A DNA stretch of 63,837 nucleotides, filler included, from Hyphochytrium catenoides (taxonomy: Eukaryota; Protista; Hyphochytriomycota), in NCBI GenBank assembly GCA_900088475.1. It is 7 parts of 7 records of this genome, joined end to end, with 100 filler letters (N's around TTAATTAATTAA, not from the genome) between each part and the next. Parts side by side here need not be neighbours in the genome. Positions count along the whole stretch, not along the records: positions 1 to 19,332 come from FLMG01001292.1; 6 more parts are not named here. One strand, given 5' to 3'. Within the stretch, counting starts at the first letter, position 1. Every line of letters starts with the position of its first letter. The translations under genes were made by a program, and so were the position numbers. Under the pieces are notes generated by a model. The model was not told where the DNA came from. It did not search any database and was given only the letters and a program-made list of their open reading frames with translations. Of the stretch, positions 1 through 11,370 are shown one piece after another.

Positions 1-259
1 GACCATTGGCACGGTGGATGCTAAGCATCGCACCGCTCATACAAGTAGTACTGGTCAGTCTATGTCTCCTCGTTCCTACTTCCTCGCTCTGCTTGACAGC
101 CCTATCTCCCCAACTCCCTCATCTGTATCAGTCCGTTCTGATTCTTTCCTCTTCCTTGCTCTTCCTCTTCCTTGCTCTTCCTCTTAATCTCCCTCTGCTG
201 TTTAGCAGTTGCTCTCCCATCAATTTCATAGCCAAAAGTGCTCCCTACAAATCACCCCT

Positions 260-680
260 ATATACCTATTATCCCTACTCGAATATTTCTCCGTTTCCTC
301 CATCACTTCTCTAGCCTTTCTTGCGAAACTCTATCCTCTGAACAAATCTCCTTGGCGCTCTTGCCTCCTTTGTTGTTTGTCTTCCTCAGTTGTTTTTCCC
401 TGTAAGCAACTGCTTCCCTAACTTCCACAACCCTCCCTTCGTAATTCCCTGTCCGCTTGACTCCTTTGCACCTGTTTCGGGTTAGGCCTACTTCACTATT
501 CTACGTCTCTCGCGAACTCCTACTTCCTTGCTCCAGCTTCACTTTGCTTATTCTCACGAGCATATTCCTCTGTACCACCCGTTTTCTGTCGTTCCCTATC
601 CTTTGGCCTCCATCTTCATCTCATTTTCTTCCTATTAATAGCTGCTCTTCAATTCTCTTCCTAACGTTTAAAATGCTCCG
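260..680 (+). repeat. CT-rich subtelomere-associated repeat, diverged copy of contig F ~61500-62000
   Basis: Collinear similar blocks, e.g. actcctacttccttgctccagcttcactttgcttattctca vs actcctacttctccgctcctgttttactctgcttattctca, and tacctattatccctact vs tacctactacccctact. Confidence 0.65.
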
Positions 681-797
681 TCTGTCATTCTCCGTTTGCC
701 TTATTGTTTGCCTTCTTACATGGATGCTTCCCACCAGTACCAGATACCTCACCTTTTGTTCGTTAACTCGACTTCCCCGCGCCTGCTTCACTCTTCA

Positions 798-929
798 TGT
801 AAGAAACCGAGTGTGACAGACTGGGTATGAATGAGCATAAATCATTAATAGAGAAAACTATGAGCATAAATCATTAATAGAGAGTCTAGAGGACAACCTG
901 CTTGCGTAAGGAGGAGGTTTCTCCTTACA
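798..929. mobile_element. Short solo LTR / TRIM-like insertion (132 bp)
   Basis: Starts TGTAAGAAACC and ends GGTTTCTCCTTACA (TG..CA termini, imperfect terminal inverted repeat). Flanked by an exact 5-bp duplication CTTCA (793-797 and 930-934). Purine-richer than the CT-rich flanks. Confidence 0.75.
831..883. repeat. 24-bp direct repeat x2 (period 29) inside the solo LTR
   Basis: ATGAGCATAAATCATTAATAGAGA at 831-854 and 860-883. Confidence 0.9.
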
Positions 930-2533
930 CTTCACATTCTCGCGAAACCGGCTTGTGCACCATCCTTTCTGATGCTCTTTCTTTCCTTGATCTTCGTCTT
1001 GAAGTTTCTTATTTACACTCAGAACCTGCTCTACAGTTCTCTTTCCTGACCTTTAAATTGCTCCTTTGGTCATTTCCCCTCCGGACTCATTTGCTCCTGT
1101 CGTTGATGCCTATTAACCATATTCCAATAATATTGGTATTACTTTCATCATATTCTCTTCCAACATCGGATTACACGAAGGTGAGATGGGGTTCAGTGTA
1201 GGCAACTAAGGATAATGCCAATGGTAGAATTTCAGCTTGCAGGAGGGTTTGGGAGCTCTTTTCCGGCCAGAGCTGGCTCTGTTTCCCATCGTCATTTCTT
1301 TTTCCCTCATCTTTTTGTTAAACTGATGAGGCCCTATCTGCTTCGATTTTCGACTATCTGCTACTGCTCTATGTCTGTTTCGATTTTCGACCTTCTTAGC
1401 GCTCCAGCCGCATCTTCAACGTAAAACTTTGTTCACATGATGCCATGGCTCTGCCCAGGAACCAAAAGACGGAAGGAGTAACTTCTTTCTGCGGATCTAG
1501 TAGTCGAGTTAGTAGGTCAGGCTCTCAGGGTCAGGGGTGGCCAAGTGGAACGGAACGAGCAGCTCACGGAGCTATCAGTTGATACTACAATGCTGGCTGT
1601 CCCTTGATAACCCCATCTCTGTTAATTTTGCTGCGCTTTGTCCCATGCTGTTCGGTTTCCACAGATTTCTGTGTATGGATCTCTTTCGTTAACGGGTGAT
1701 TGGATGCTCATCCTTAAAAGTTCCGCGGCACCTGTTCGTTCTCAAATTCTCCTTTCATTTACAGTTTAGCCCATACAGTTGTACTTCCCTTCTCCTCATG
1801 CCAAGCCCCACAGCTTGTTCCGTCTGTCTCTTCGTTCCTCCTGAAGAGAATGAAGTAGGGTTAGGGTTACGGCTACATAGGTTTGAATGTTCCCTTTGCC
1901 ACCTCAGTCTATAACTCTGCAGAAGAGCTTTCTATGCTTTTAGGCATCATGTCCTCGATTAGNNNNNNNNNNNNNNNNNNNNNNNNNNNNNNNNNNNNNN
2001 NNNNNNNNNNNNNNNNNNNNNNNNNNNNNNNNNNNNNNNNNNNNNNNNNNNNNNNNNNNNNNNNNNNNGGAGATGAGCGAGCATAGAGAAAGCCGGAAAT
2101 TAGCGCCGCCGCCGATCTGAAGGAAGTGGGGACAGCGACAGCAGGGACCAGACAAGCGCACCATGCCATCTGAAGAATCCCGCCTGTGCTTCGCTACAAC
2201 CAGGACTTCTTACAGAAGATCAGACAAGATGTTTTAGCGATAAACTTGTCGGCAATAGCGGAGAATGGTTTTAGAGGAACTGGGGGAAAACTGGCTCTTG
2301 ATGTGCATTGGTGCCGTGGAAACGGTGGCAGAAGAGTCTAAGCAAAGAACTGGTTGGCGATTGGAGCCTGTCATTCCGATTCGAGGATCTGTTTAGTGAC
2401 TAAGTTGCATGTTGGCACTTCGTAAGATGAGAAGACTAGATAGGGGCAGGCCTATAAAATTGCCTGACTTGAGAATCCACCAACGATAGCAGCTGGACAA
2501 TGAGTTGCTTGGTACAATGAGCCACGACCCTCA

Positions 2534-5500
2534 TCATAAGGATTGCGTAGCAAGGAGCCCTTCACTTTTAACTTCTCCATCCTCAGGATTTTCCTCTAAT
2601 TTGGTAGTGACAGTTGCAAGCTCTGGCCTTCCCTTAGCATCGTCCTCTGGTAGATCATCTCCGATGCTGTTCATGATCTTAACCTGCTGTTCTGACAGGC
2701 AGATTGCCATCTCGCCTAATGGAGGAGGAAAGGGGAGTTCTTCCGTCCTTATGATGTTGGAAGGAATACAAGCTCTGCGCTCAGCGTCGTGTTCTTTGTT
2801 CATTTGTTCTTCGAATGGCTTTCTTTTTCTGTCTGCATTTTGAGGTGATGCCAGTTCTTCTGTACTCGTCGGCATCCGCTTTACAGCGCACTTCTGGTTT
2901 CCCGAGGGCTGTAGTTTAGCTTTTCCACACAGGTAATGGGGATATGACGATGTTGATAAGATTTTAGAGTATGATGTGTGGGAGCAGCCAGATAGCAGCG
3001 GAAGGGGTTGTGGACTGCTGGTCGTGGCATTCGATGATGATGAAGAAGGTTTGGTCGGAAACTTGGATTGGAGGATGCATCGCTCAATGGCTTCTACCCA
3101 GCGGACACAATCCTCACTGTCCTGTGCCTTCATCGTTAGGTTTCGGTGCAGTCCTTGCACCAGAGCTCCTGCAGGCTTATACTTTGCACTTTTCATGAGT
3201 AGGCCGTCAAGTGAGTGAAGTTCTAGCCGCCGAGAGTGGCCTTCAACCTTCCTAACCGCGACGTTCTCCAAAGGGAAGAATCCCACTGGATCGACATCCT
3301 GTGTATGAACAGATATATCACCACCAGGGAGAAGACATTGAAAAGGAAAGACGAGAAAATGATGCGCATCACGACAACAGAGATGCACAATTCTTACAAC
3401 TAATGCCTTCTTCTCACTTCTAAAAGGACCCAATAGACAGAGATCTAGCTACCTCTTTATCCCTGAAATAGTAGAGGCAGCTGTTGCTGAGGATAAACCA
3501 CCGCTTCTTGAAGATCTGGTTTGAGCCTCCAGTCTTGTATAGCCAGCCGCTGATGTCGGGATCCTAGAAGAAGACGACGAGCAGACGGATGATATAAGGT
3601 AGGGTAGAATTGAGGATATAGAGAACCCGCGGTGGAATTCATACTGCTTATTCCGGGGGCCAGAGAAGGTTTCCTATCTTCAACTTACCGTGAAGAGATT
3701 GCCGTCGTCATCCCGCTCACGAAGAGTGATGATCTCATGTGCCTGTAAGGGGCAGCAACAAGCACAGGGATAATTGTTAGGAGCATCTGCTTGGTGCCCT
3801 AATTAACAGGATTCGACTCCTTGAGCTAATTGTTGAGTTAGATTGAATCAGAATCAAACCGGCGAGTCACAGTTTCTGGCGTAGCCACACCGCTCAAGTC
3901 AGTGCTGCACGCTAAACTGAGGGTCATGAGTAGCAAGACTAAAGACATGTATCACCTGACAATTAGGTGGGAAGATGACTTTACAGGGTGAGATCTCAGA
4001 GCGCGATGACCATCGAAGAAAGCAGAGCAGGGCGTCGAGCGCAGGGAGCTATGGAGCAACCATAACAAGTGAGGAGGCTCCTTTCATTCTTATGGTATAT
4101 ACCGTGATGTTGTCGTAAATCTTCTCTAGAAAGGAGCGAGGAAGATCCATTCCGCAGTCGATTCCTCTGTTGTTTCTCACAAACTCGTCCCTTGTCATTC
4201 GCTTGTTCTTTCCCATCGAGGGATTATGAGCATCAGTGTTCAGCATGATGATTGAGAAGGCCTATACGCAGGAGGAGAGTATAATAGCAAGCCGAAATAT
4301 GTCAGTGCCCAATCAGTATCTCCGCTAAACAGGTCAGCAAGGCCCTCAAGAACCGTCCGTGGTGCTACCCGCACGGTACCTTACCAATATGTGCGCAGTA
4401 TCATTTGACTGGAATACACTGGGGTTACTGGTGTGGAAAGCCTTGGCAAAAGCTTCCATGATGCGGTCTATCTTTTGGCTTTCTCCTGGTAGCTTGAACC
4501 GACTAAGGTACTGACGGAGGCATAACTCAAAAGGCTGGCCCCTGAAGCTAAAGGCTGCCACGTCGTAAGGGTTGAGGATCATAATGAGGTGAGAAGTTTG
4601 GATGGCGAGAGATGAAAGACAGTGAGAACTACAGAGAGAAAAAGGTGGTCGAAGGAGGGCCGCCACAGCCCTAGTTAACTCTAGCAAGAGGACTGGTTGA
4701 GCCTGTAGATAAACAACCATTGGCGTAGCGGACAAGAACCAAAAGTGATTAGAAGCGGCAGCTTGTCTGACCTTGTGCATAGGCAGACAGAACTTCTAGA
4801 TTCAAACTCTCCGGTTCTCCAAGGTACTCGCCCACTTTCTCCTTGTTGAGCCCCCGAGTGTGACGGAGAAAATAAGCGACACCGGTTGCTAGACTAGGCT
4901 CCTACCATGCGGTCAAGAGGTAATGGAAGTGAGACTAGCTCTGGCGATCGAGATGAAAGCTAGGGGGCGATGATTCAATATTAAGAGGAAGCTGTTTGGA
5001 GCAGAATCGAGGGAGATGCACGACTCAGCCGATGGACCAGAGCGGCAGAGTTTACAAAGGTAATACTCGAGGAAGGAGGGTCGCTGTCTGGCATCAGGGA
5101 GAGGAAACCGTAAGAAACCATCTGTCAGGAATGCCGCCACGGACCTCAATGGCTCCGTCTTCCACGGGTTCAATCAGCCCGTTCTCAAGCGCGAACTTGA
5201 TGCCCTTTCTCGGGTTAAGGTTAAAACGTCGGATGGCTGTTACGTAGGAATGGTGTCAATTTTGTTAGTTGTGACAGCAAGGCGGAGAAGGCGTGATCTT
5301 TAGTTGCGAACGAATAGGGAGTAGGATGGAAGGATAGACAGGTTGAAAGGAAAGGATAATAAGAGAAGAGCAACAACAAGGAGCTAAGTTGGCAAAAGAG
5401 ATCTAGAAAGCCAAGGCAGCTTGTTACCTTGGTCATACATCCTTCGATGCGAGGAGTCCAACTCGCTAGAAACAGTTGATGAGGCCAAGGAAAGTCCCAA

Positions 5501-7352
5501 ACTGGCACTGGAGGGTTGGTGGTGAATCGCTGTCTGCGTGAGGGAACGGCTGACTGACAGGGTATTCCTAGCATCACTCAACACCTCCTCTTTCTTCCCC
5601 TGTGAACTTTTGGTCTCTTCCACTTGGTACCAAGTTGCTGAAGACAAAAGTGGTACAGGGAGGACGTGCTGGTGCTTCTGCCTGTTTAGCTTTATCAAAA
5701 GTCTTCGGCGGCCAGACACGCAGGACATGAGATCGCCAATACTGTGACCAAGGAGGGCATCATGAGCGTTTACCTAAGGTAGTGCTCCATCACGGCTGCC
5801 TCTTTTTGGCACCGGAAGAGCAACGAGAGAGCAGCGGTCTCTGTGCCCTGTACACACATGCGGAGAAGGAGCAGCCTAGCTTGGCCTCCTGACAGAGAGT
5901 ACGGAAGGTGTGACAAGGGGTATATTGACCATCGTTACCGACAAAGGCAAAAGAAAGGCACTACATCAAGAAGAACATGAAGGACGCTCGTCTCCCTACC
6001 TTGCACTCCGCAAGGGAGCAATAGTGCCTCTACTAGGGAAGAAAACGCTACTTGTGACGGGAACGCTTCTAAGAGGTCTTTCTCGTGTGGCAATTTGGCC
6101 GCATCTTGCTCAGGACTAGGTGCGGCTGTAAAGAGAAGCACTTGTGCCACCGGATCCATCTTTATCTTGATCTTTTGGCGGGCTCCGTTGTTAACCTGAA
6201 GGAATGGAATGCAGTTAGCAGGACAGTAAGCCACCACAAGCTAAGCATCTGATTAAACGACGATTATCCCGACCCGAGGAAATGAGCTAGTCAAGATTGG
6301 GAGATGAGCCTTACCAGAGTGGCCTCTATCCCGCACATAATAAGAAGAGCAGAACGAAACCTCCTGAGCAGCAGGGACCGTGAAAGGAATCGAGAAACGA
6401 TAACGCTGGCTTCACGCCGTTTTATCTCCCATTGTACCCTTTCTCCTCTTTCTTGGTCAAGCTGAGCAACCGCCTGTTGTCGTGCTTTGTAAGCCCTGTA
6501 GAAACGCTGGATTTTTCTAGCTGAGGCTTGTACTCTTTCTAAGGGATCACCCAGCCCTGATTTTAGATCCAGATCTCTCTGACATAAACGCGAGGCTTGG
6601 CGCACGAGCACTGGCACTACCTCGGAGTGATATCGGCGAGACGCCTATATGTCCATGATTGAGAAAAATTAAAAAGCTGAAGTCATGGACGCCCTTTAGT
6701 TGTATCTTACCGTTTGAAGCAGTGACGCTTGCAAGATGGCGTTTGCCCAGCTTTGTATGCCCTGTAGCGAACAGTCAGGATGGAGGCCGTTCTGTGAGCT
6801 AGGCTGCGTGGTTACAAAGGGGCTATTGACTGTGATAACATTCTATTTCTCTGATAGCGGGAGAAGAGGCCTATCGCTGCTTTTAGGACTAGGGCTGGGT
6901 AATAAATGGGCAGGGATAGGGGCCAAAGGTTTGGGATATGAGTCCCTACTTTAGAGGCTTCACTGCCGCTCTTCCAGAAGTGAAGGCCCTTTCCCTCCTT
7001 CGTAAGCACATGGAAGCCTGCGCCGTGAGAAGAGAAGCGCTGGTGGAGAAACGGTGGAAACTTTTGGATGCAGTGTACTTCCTTAGGCTTCCTTCCTTCT
7101 TTACATTCTTCCTGGGAGGCATACAAGTACATGGTTGTGTCGCATAGCACGCACCAGCGATGCTTCCAAAGGGGATTGAAGCCCAGCCTACGAAACAAAT
7201 AGCCCTGGAGGCAACAGAATACCAAAAGGCAGCGGAACGAAGGTGAGACGTGCGCCAGCATACGGAGTGAACAGCTCCATTAAGAAGCTCACCTCGCATT
7301 GGAAAGAAGAGCTGGAGTAAGGCCCGGCTGGCTTTGTGGATTCACTTTCCAT
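2534..7352 (-). CDS. Multi-exon ARF guanine-nucleotide exchange factor (PH-IQ-Sec7-PH, cytohesin-like core)
   Basis: Exon 1 MESESTK..FQCE (7352-7293, GTGAGC donor). N-terminal [24 protein letters not shown] motif [12 protein letters not shown] (~6500). Sec7 pieces [41 protein letters not shown] (Glu finger) and [15 protein letters not shown]-terminal cytohesin-type [31 protein letters not shown] / [16 protein letters not shown]. Middle exons and exact 3' end are approximate. Confidence 0.9.
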
Positions 7353-8224
7353 CGACAGATTCGGAGCTTGTCTCAAAGAAACCGCACCGCAAGAGCTCGG
7401 AGCTGGCCTTTCACGGCATCCTTCTTCTTAGGAGCATCAACTTGCAGTCCGATCGTCAAGTCTGACAAGCTACTAGGCTGAGAAAGGACCCAGCTATCGC
7501 CCTCTTTTATGGAACCATCAAAGGTCCAGGGTCTACTGCTGGTGAATATGATTGAGAGTGTGTTCAACGACTCCTAATGCGGCTTTACCGAGGTGCCTCT
7601 TTGCTGTCTTTGCCGGCGTCAAGCCACTCACTGGCTGACGGTAAGGTCGGCTAGGGTAGATGCGCCTGTGTTATTATTGCTTGTCTTGGCTCTCTAAGTT
7701 CTACACCTCCGCTGCTGAGACCGACGCCACCTTTCTTCTTATCAGCCCTGGCCCGCCCCGTCACTTCCCTTCGTCACATCTTCACAGCCTCACCCCCGGG
7801 AGAATACCTTGTCCCAGAGTCACGACGACACTCACCTACAGCAGTGCGGTAGCTGCAATCGCCGAACCCCCGTGGTGGGTGACTGCTGAAATACTGACAA
7901 GTGTAAACGCGTAACCCCTGGTGCAGTGCTCCTCCAGGATCAGAGCCGGATCTCCGTCTTCTTCTATCTTGTGATGAGCTGTAGAACTGCTTGTATGTAC
8001 ACTATGATGTGAAGCCAGCCTGTATATCCTGCATCCTACACTATGACCATTGGAGTACACTTAGTAACGGCTCTTGCTACACCAGCAGGAGCAGCACCAG
8101 CAGCAACAGGAGTGGGAAGGGACGCGCCTGCTTTATTCTTGGGCGCAAGGAAATAGAAGAGGGAGGAGGGTGGTCATAAGGAGGACAGTAACACCAACAT
8201 TAGTTTATTTTCTTATTTCTTAGA

Positions 8225-8600
8225 AGAAGAGAATGCAGTAGTAAAGGTTCTGAAGCGCCTTCCTCTTCAACTGTTGGACCCAGCCCTTACTTGCATGGTG
8301 ATGAGCGTGGTGATGATGGTGGTCTCAGCGCTACGCCCTCTTCTTCCTCCCTCTTCTTCTTCTCCTCCGTTTTCTATCGTTATTGCCGAGTATTCTTCTT
8401 CTTTTTCCGGTAATGATGATGGAGGGAAGAGAGCGTGTTGAAGCGTTCATTCAGTGCTTTGTAACACGTGTTGTCTCTTCTTCATGTTCTTCTTCTTCTT
8501 TCTCTTCTCTCCTTCTGCCTCTTCTTCTGTTACATCTCCTTCTTCTTCTTCTTCTTCTCCATCTGCTTCTTTTCCTTCTTGTTCCTCTTTTCCTTCGTTA
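8225..8600 (+). repeat. Dispersed degenerate repeat, copy 1 (other copies on contig G)
   Basis: gaagagaatgc..tctgaagcg..ttcctctt..gttggacccagc..tgatgatgg..gttattgcc..atgatg..cgtgtt..ctttgta..gttg..tcttcttc is collinear with 62960-63270 and more weakly with 62335-62600. Confidence 0.65.
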
Positions 8601-8713
8601 TGGTAGTATTTTTTTTAGAGCAGTAGATAACCAAAAGGAGGCAAAAAAAGGGAAAAGACAACATCTTTCTTTGGAAGAGTTCCAGGTTCTAATGGCAAGC
8701 AGTAGTACCTCTA

Positions 8714-9274
8714 TTACTGCTCCCGCGGCTCAAAGAGAATATCCTTTATGATGAGTTCTAGGCTTTTATAACCGGCGGCACTTCTACTGCTGTTCTCGAA
8801 AAAAATAAATAACGACGGCCATGACAAGGATAACTGTTGTTCTGAACAGAGGACGAAGGCAGCATAATCATTAAATTCGAAGACGATATCAACATTATCG
8901 TCAAACGCTTTCCTCAAACTAGGCCTCAAAAAATTGAACGAAAGGACATAATTTTTGGGCCACCATTTATGTGTCGGAAGGAGAACAAGAAAAGTTAACT
9001 CGTGTCGTCCGTAGGCTTGTCCGCCCACGTGAACACAGCAATAATGTGGTGTGATGACGGAGGTGGGCAGAGTCCAGCCACGGAAGTAAGAGTTATCGCC
9101 ATTGGCCGTCCTCCCTTCTGCCCTCAACATTACGATCTTTCTCTCCACCGAGTCCCGACGAGTAAGTCTACGGCGAGGGAGGTGGAACAAAGAAGGAGAA
9201 CAAGAAGGGCTCATAACATCATAAAAAGAAGGAAGATAGCTATTGTCAAAAGGTGGATGAGGCCAAGGGATCAC
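8714..9274 (-). CDS. Hypothetical protein
   Basis: 186-codon ORF of normal complexity; no recognisable domain. Confidence 0.25.
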   Translation of the reverse strand: MIPWPHPPFDNSYLPSFYDVMSPSCSPSLFHLPRRRLTRRDSVERKIVMLRAEGRTANGDNSYFRGWTLPTSVITPHYCCVHVGGQAYGRHELTFLVLLPTHKWWPKNYVLSFNFLRPSLRKAFDDNVDIVFEFNDYAAFVLCSEQQLSLSWPSLFIFFENSSRSAAGYKSLELIIKDILFEPREQ

Positions 9275-11370
9275 CGCCCACCAGCGTTAGATATTAATTA
9301 TAGAGTGAGGAAGACAAAGGAAGCAAAGGGGAGAGTGAGAAGAGATAGATAATGATTGACAGTAGCGTGACATAGCGCCAACGCGACGCCAGCGTCCATC
9401 CCGTCCGTCCACCTACCCAATCCGTCAATTACTATGTGCCACTATCTGCACTTCTTGGTGAATGTTCCACTGATTTTATAGCCTTTCTCTGTTATCATCG
9501 TCTTCCCTGCGCATGGCGTAGTGCTAGCCCCGCGGGGATCGTGATAATCAAGCACCATCATCAGGTTCCCCGCGCTGACTGATAACTAGTCCTGCTCCCT
9601 TCCTCTCTGGTGCTCTTGTAGGTACTCTTCTTGTCCACCCAGACCTTACTTCCTCCTACCTCCCGTTCTCAAGGGTTAATAAAGAGCGGCGTTATATACT
9701 TCCAATAATGCTGTGGCATAGTAGGGAGAGCAATAGAAACTCTCTCACCCTCTTCTCATTAGCAGTCTTCTTCTCGCCTCGAAGAATGATATTCCGCTCC
9801 CCAAAAGAATCATTCAAAACGAATTTCGTGGCGTCGGAAATCATTTCCGTCTGCTTCCAGCTCATTTGCGATCACGTGTGAAAGACAGGCACTCTTTCAT
9901 CCATTTAGAATTATTCCTCCTTCCTTCCCACTCCAGCGGTCGCCTGTCAGGTGACGGGCTCACGCACTAAAAGCAGGTGAAAGAGGTCATGGCGCAGAGG
10001 AGGCGATTGGTGTCACTTTTCAATTTCCCGTCACATCAGGAGTCAATCTACTAGCAGCCCGGCCTCTGACGTTATTTGGGACCTTCGGTCAGGTTAGGAC
10101 CCGTGGCGCGTGGTTTTTCTCCATAGTATTGTGTCTTCTCCAGTCTCCTGGTGGTCCTACTAGGCTTTCATTCAGCATCCTTCAAAAGATTAGAAGGCAT
10201 AGCGGTCTCCTCTACTAGCTCAATGGGGGCCCTTGTTTGCTCGTTCCGTTGGGCCATTCCAGCCGCCTTCTATATGAAAAGTGGCGCTGGAGTAACAGCA
10301 ACAAGGAAACGAGTCTCTGCGCAAAGCTAGCACATCAAGGTTGTCTGTGCGGCCAATACTAACTCAGTCTTCTTACTTGCAGTTGCGGACAAAAACCCAC
10401 CTTCTGCATAGCACTGTGAAGATTGCAGGCACCCGTTGACAAAGTGTTCGCCGGTTGCTCTCATCACCTGTTTGTCAACAAGGTTCAACTAGAAGCAGTT
10501 CTGAGTAATGTATGAGTTAGCCCTAACCTCTAGCAGCATTTCTCATGACGTCCTAACAGACGGACGTTGTTGTCTGGTTGTTCTCTGGCTGTCATGGAAC
10601 TAGGAATGCCAAGAAGGATAGAAATCTCCACCTTATTCTTATCGACGTTCTTGGCACCAACCAACAGCCAACGTGCTTCACTAACAACGATGGACAGACA
10701 GGAGCTACCCACAAGTCGAGCTATCCCCTAGCGCAGCTACCTCTTGCCAAGAAGGCAGCTGGTAACTGGCCTATTTATCATAAAGAAATTCCTCAATACT
10801 GGTTGTTATGACGATCACTGACCAATGGAGCACTAACCCATTGAGCACTGCACCCATCCCTCTGCTGATAACTCAGGCGGTGCCGGGAACCATGGGAAAC
10901 AAGGACAAGGCATGTCCGCTGCAAAAAGTAGACAGGTGGAAAGGAGTGACGACAAAGACGGCGCTGAAGCAACCTCACAACAGCCGATTGCAACGGATGG
11001 TGGTGTGATGGTAAGTAAGGCGGGCGGACAACAACCTTCTTGTGTTCTGGGTCTTAGCACTTATTGCGGTGCTCATGCTACCTCGTTCCCTAAGATCTCA
11101 TGTTTTTCTTCTCCTGTTTGTTCATGAATAGAACGAACATAGAACCGGGAATGGCAACAACAGTATGGAGAGCAGCCTGTAAGTCTCCTCTCCGACAGGA
11201 ATTCTGTCCCTTTGACCATTTTCTTCGCTATCAACGGCAGTAGTAGGCAGGGTGCTCCTCGTGGGCTAGCTTGTCTTCCATGCAAGGATCATCAGCATAC
11301 TATCCTCACCTAAACATCTGGTGGTGGTGGTGAGGCTTCCCGATAAACCTCTCCTTTCCCGTTTGCTCCT

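Noticed and set aside
7836-7920. YAFTLVSISAVTHHGGS as a USP His box
   Set aside because: Lacks the GHY motif and is followed by a stop; no Cys box nearby on this contig.
9343-9450. Weak inverted repeat (ataatgattgac / gtcaattactat) as a MITE
   Set aside because: Only about 10 of 12 matches and no TSD found.
9528-9576. Resemblance to the type I-E CRISPR repeat (GTTCCCCGCG / GCGGGGAT)
   Set aside because: Single occurrence, arms in the wrong order, no spacers or cas genes, eukaryotic context.
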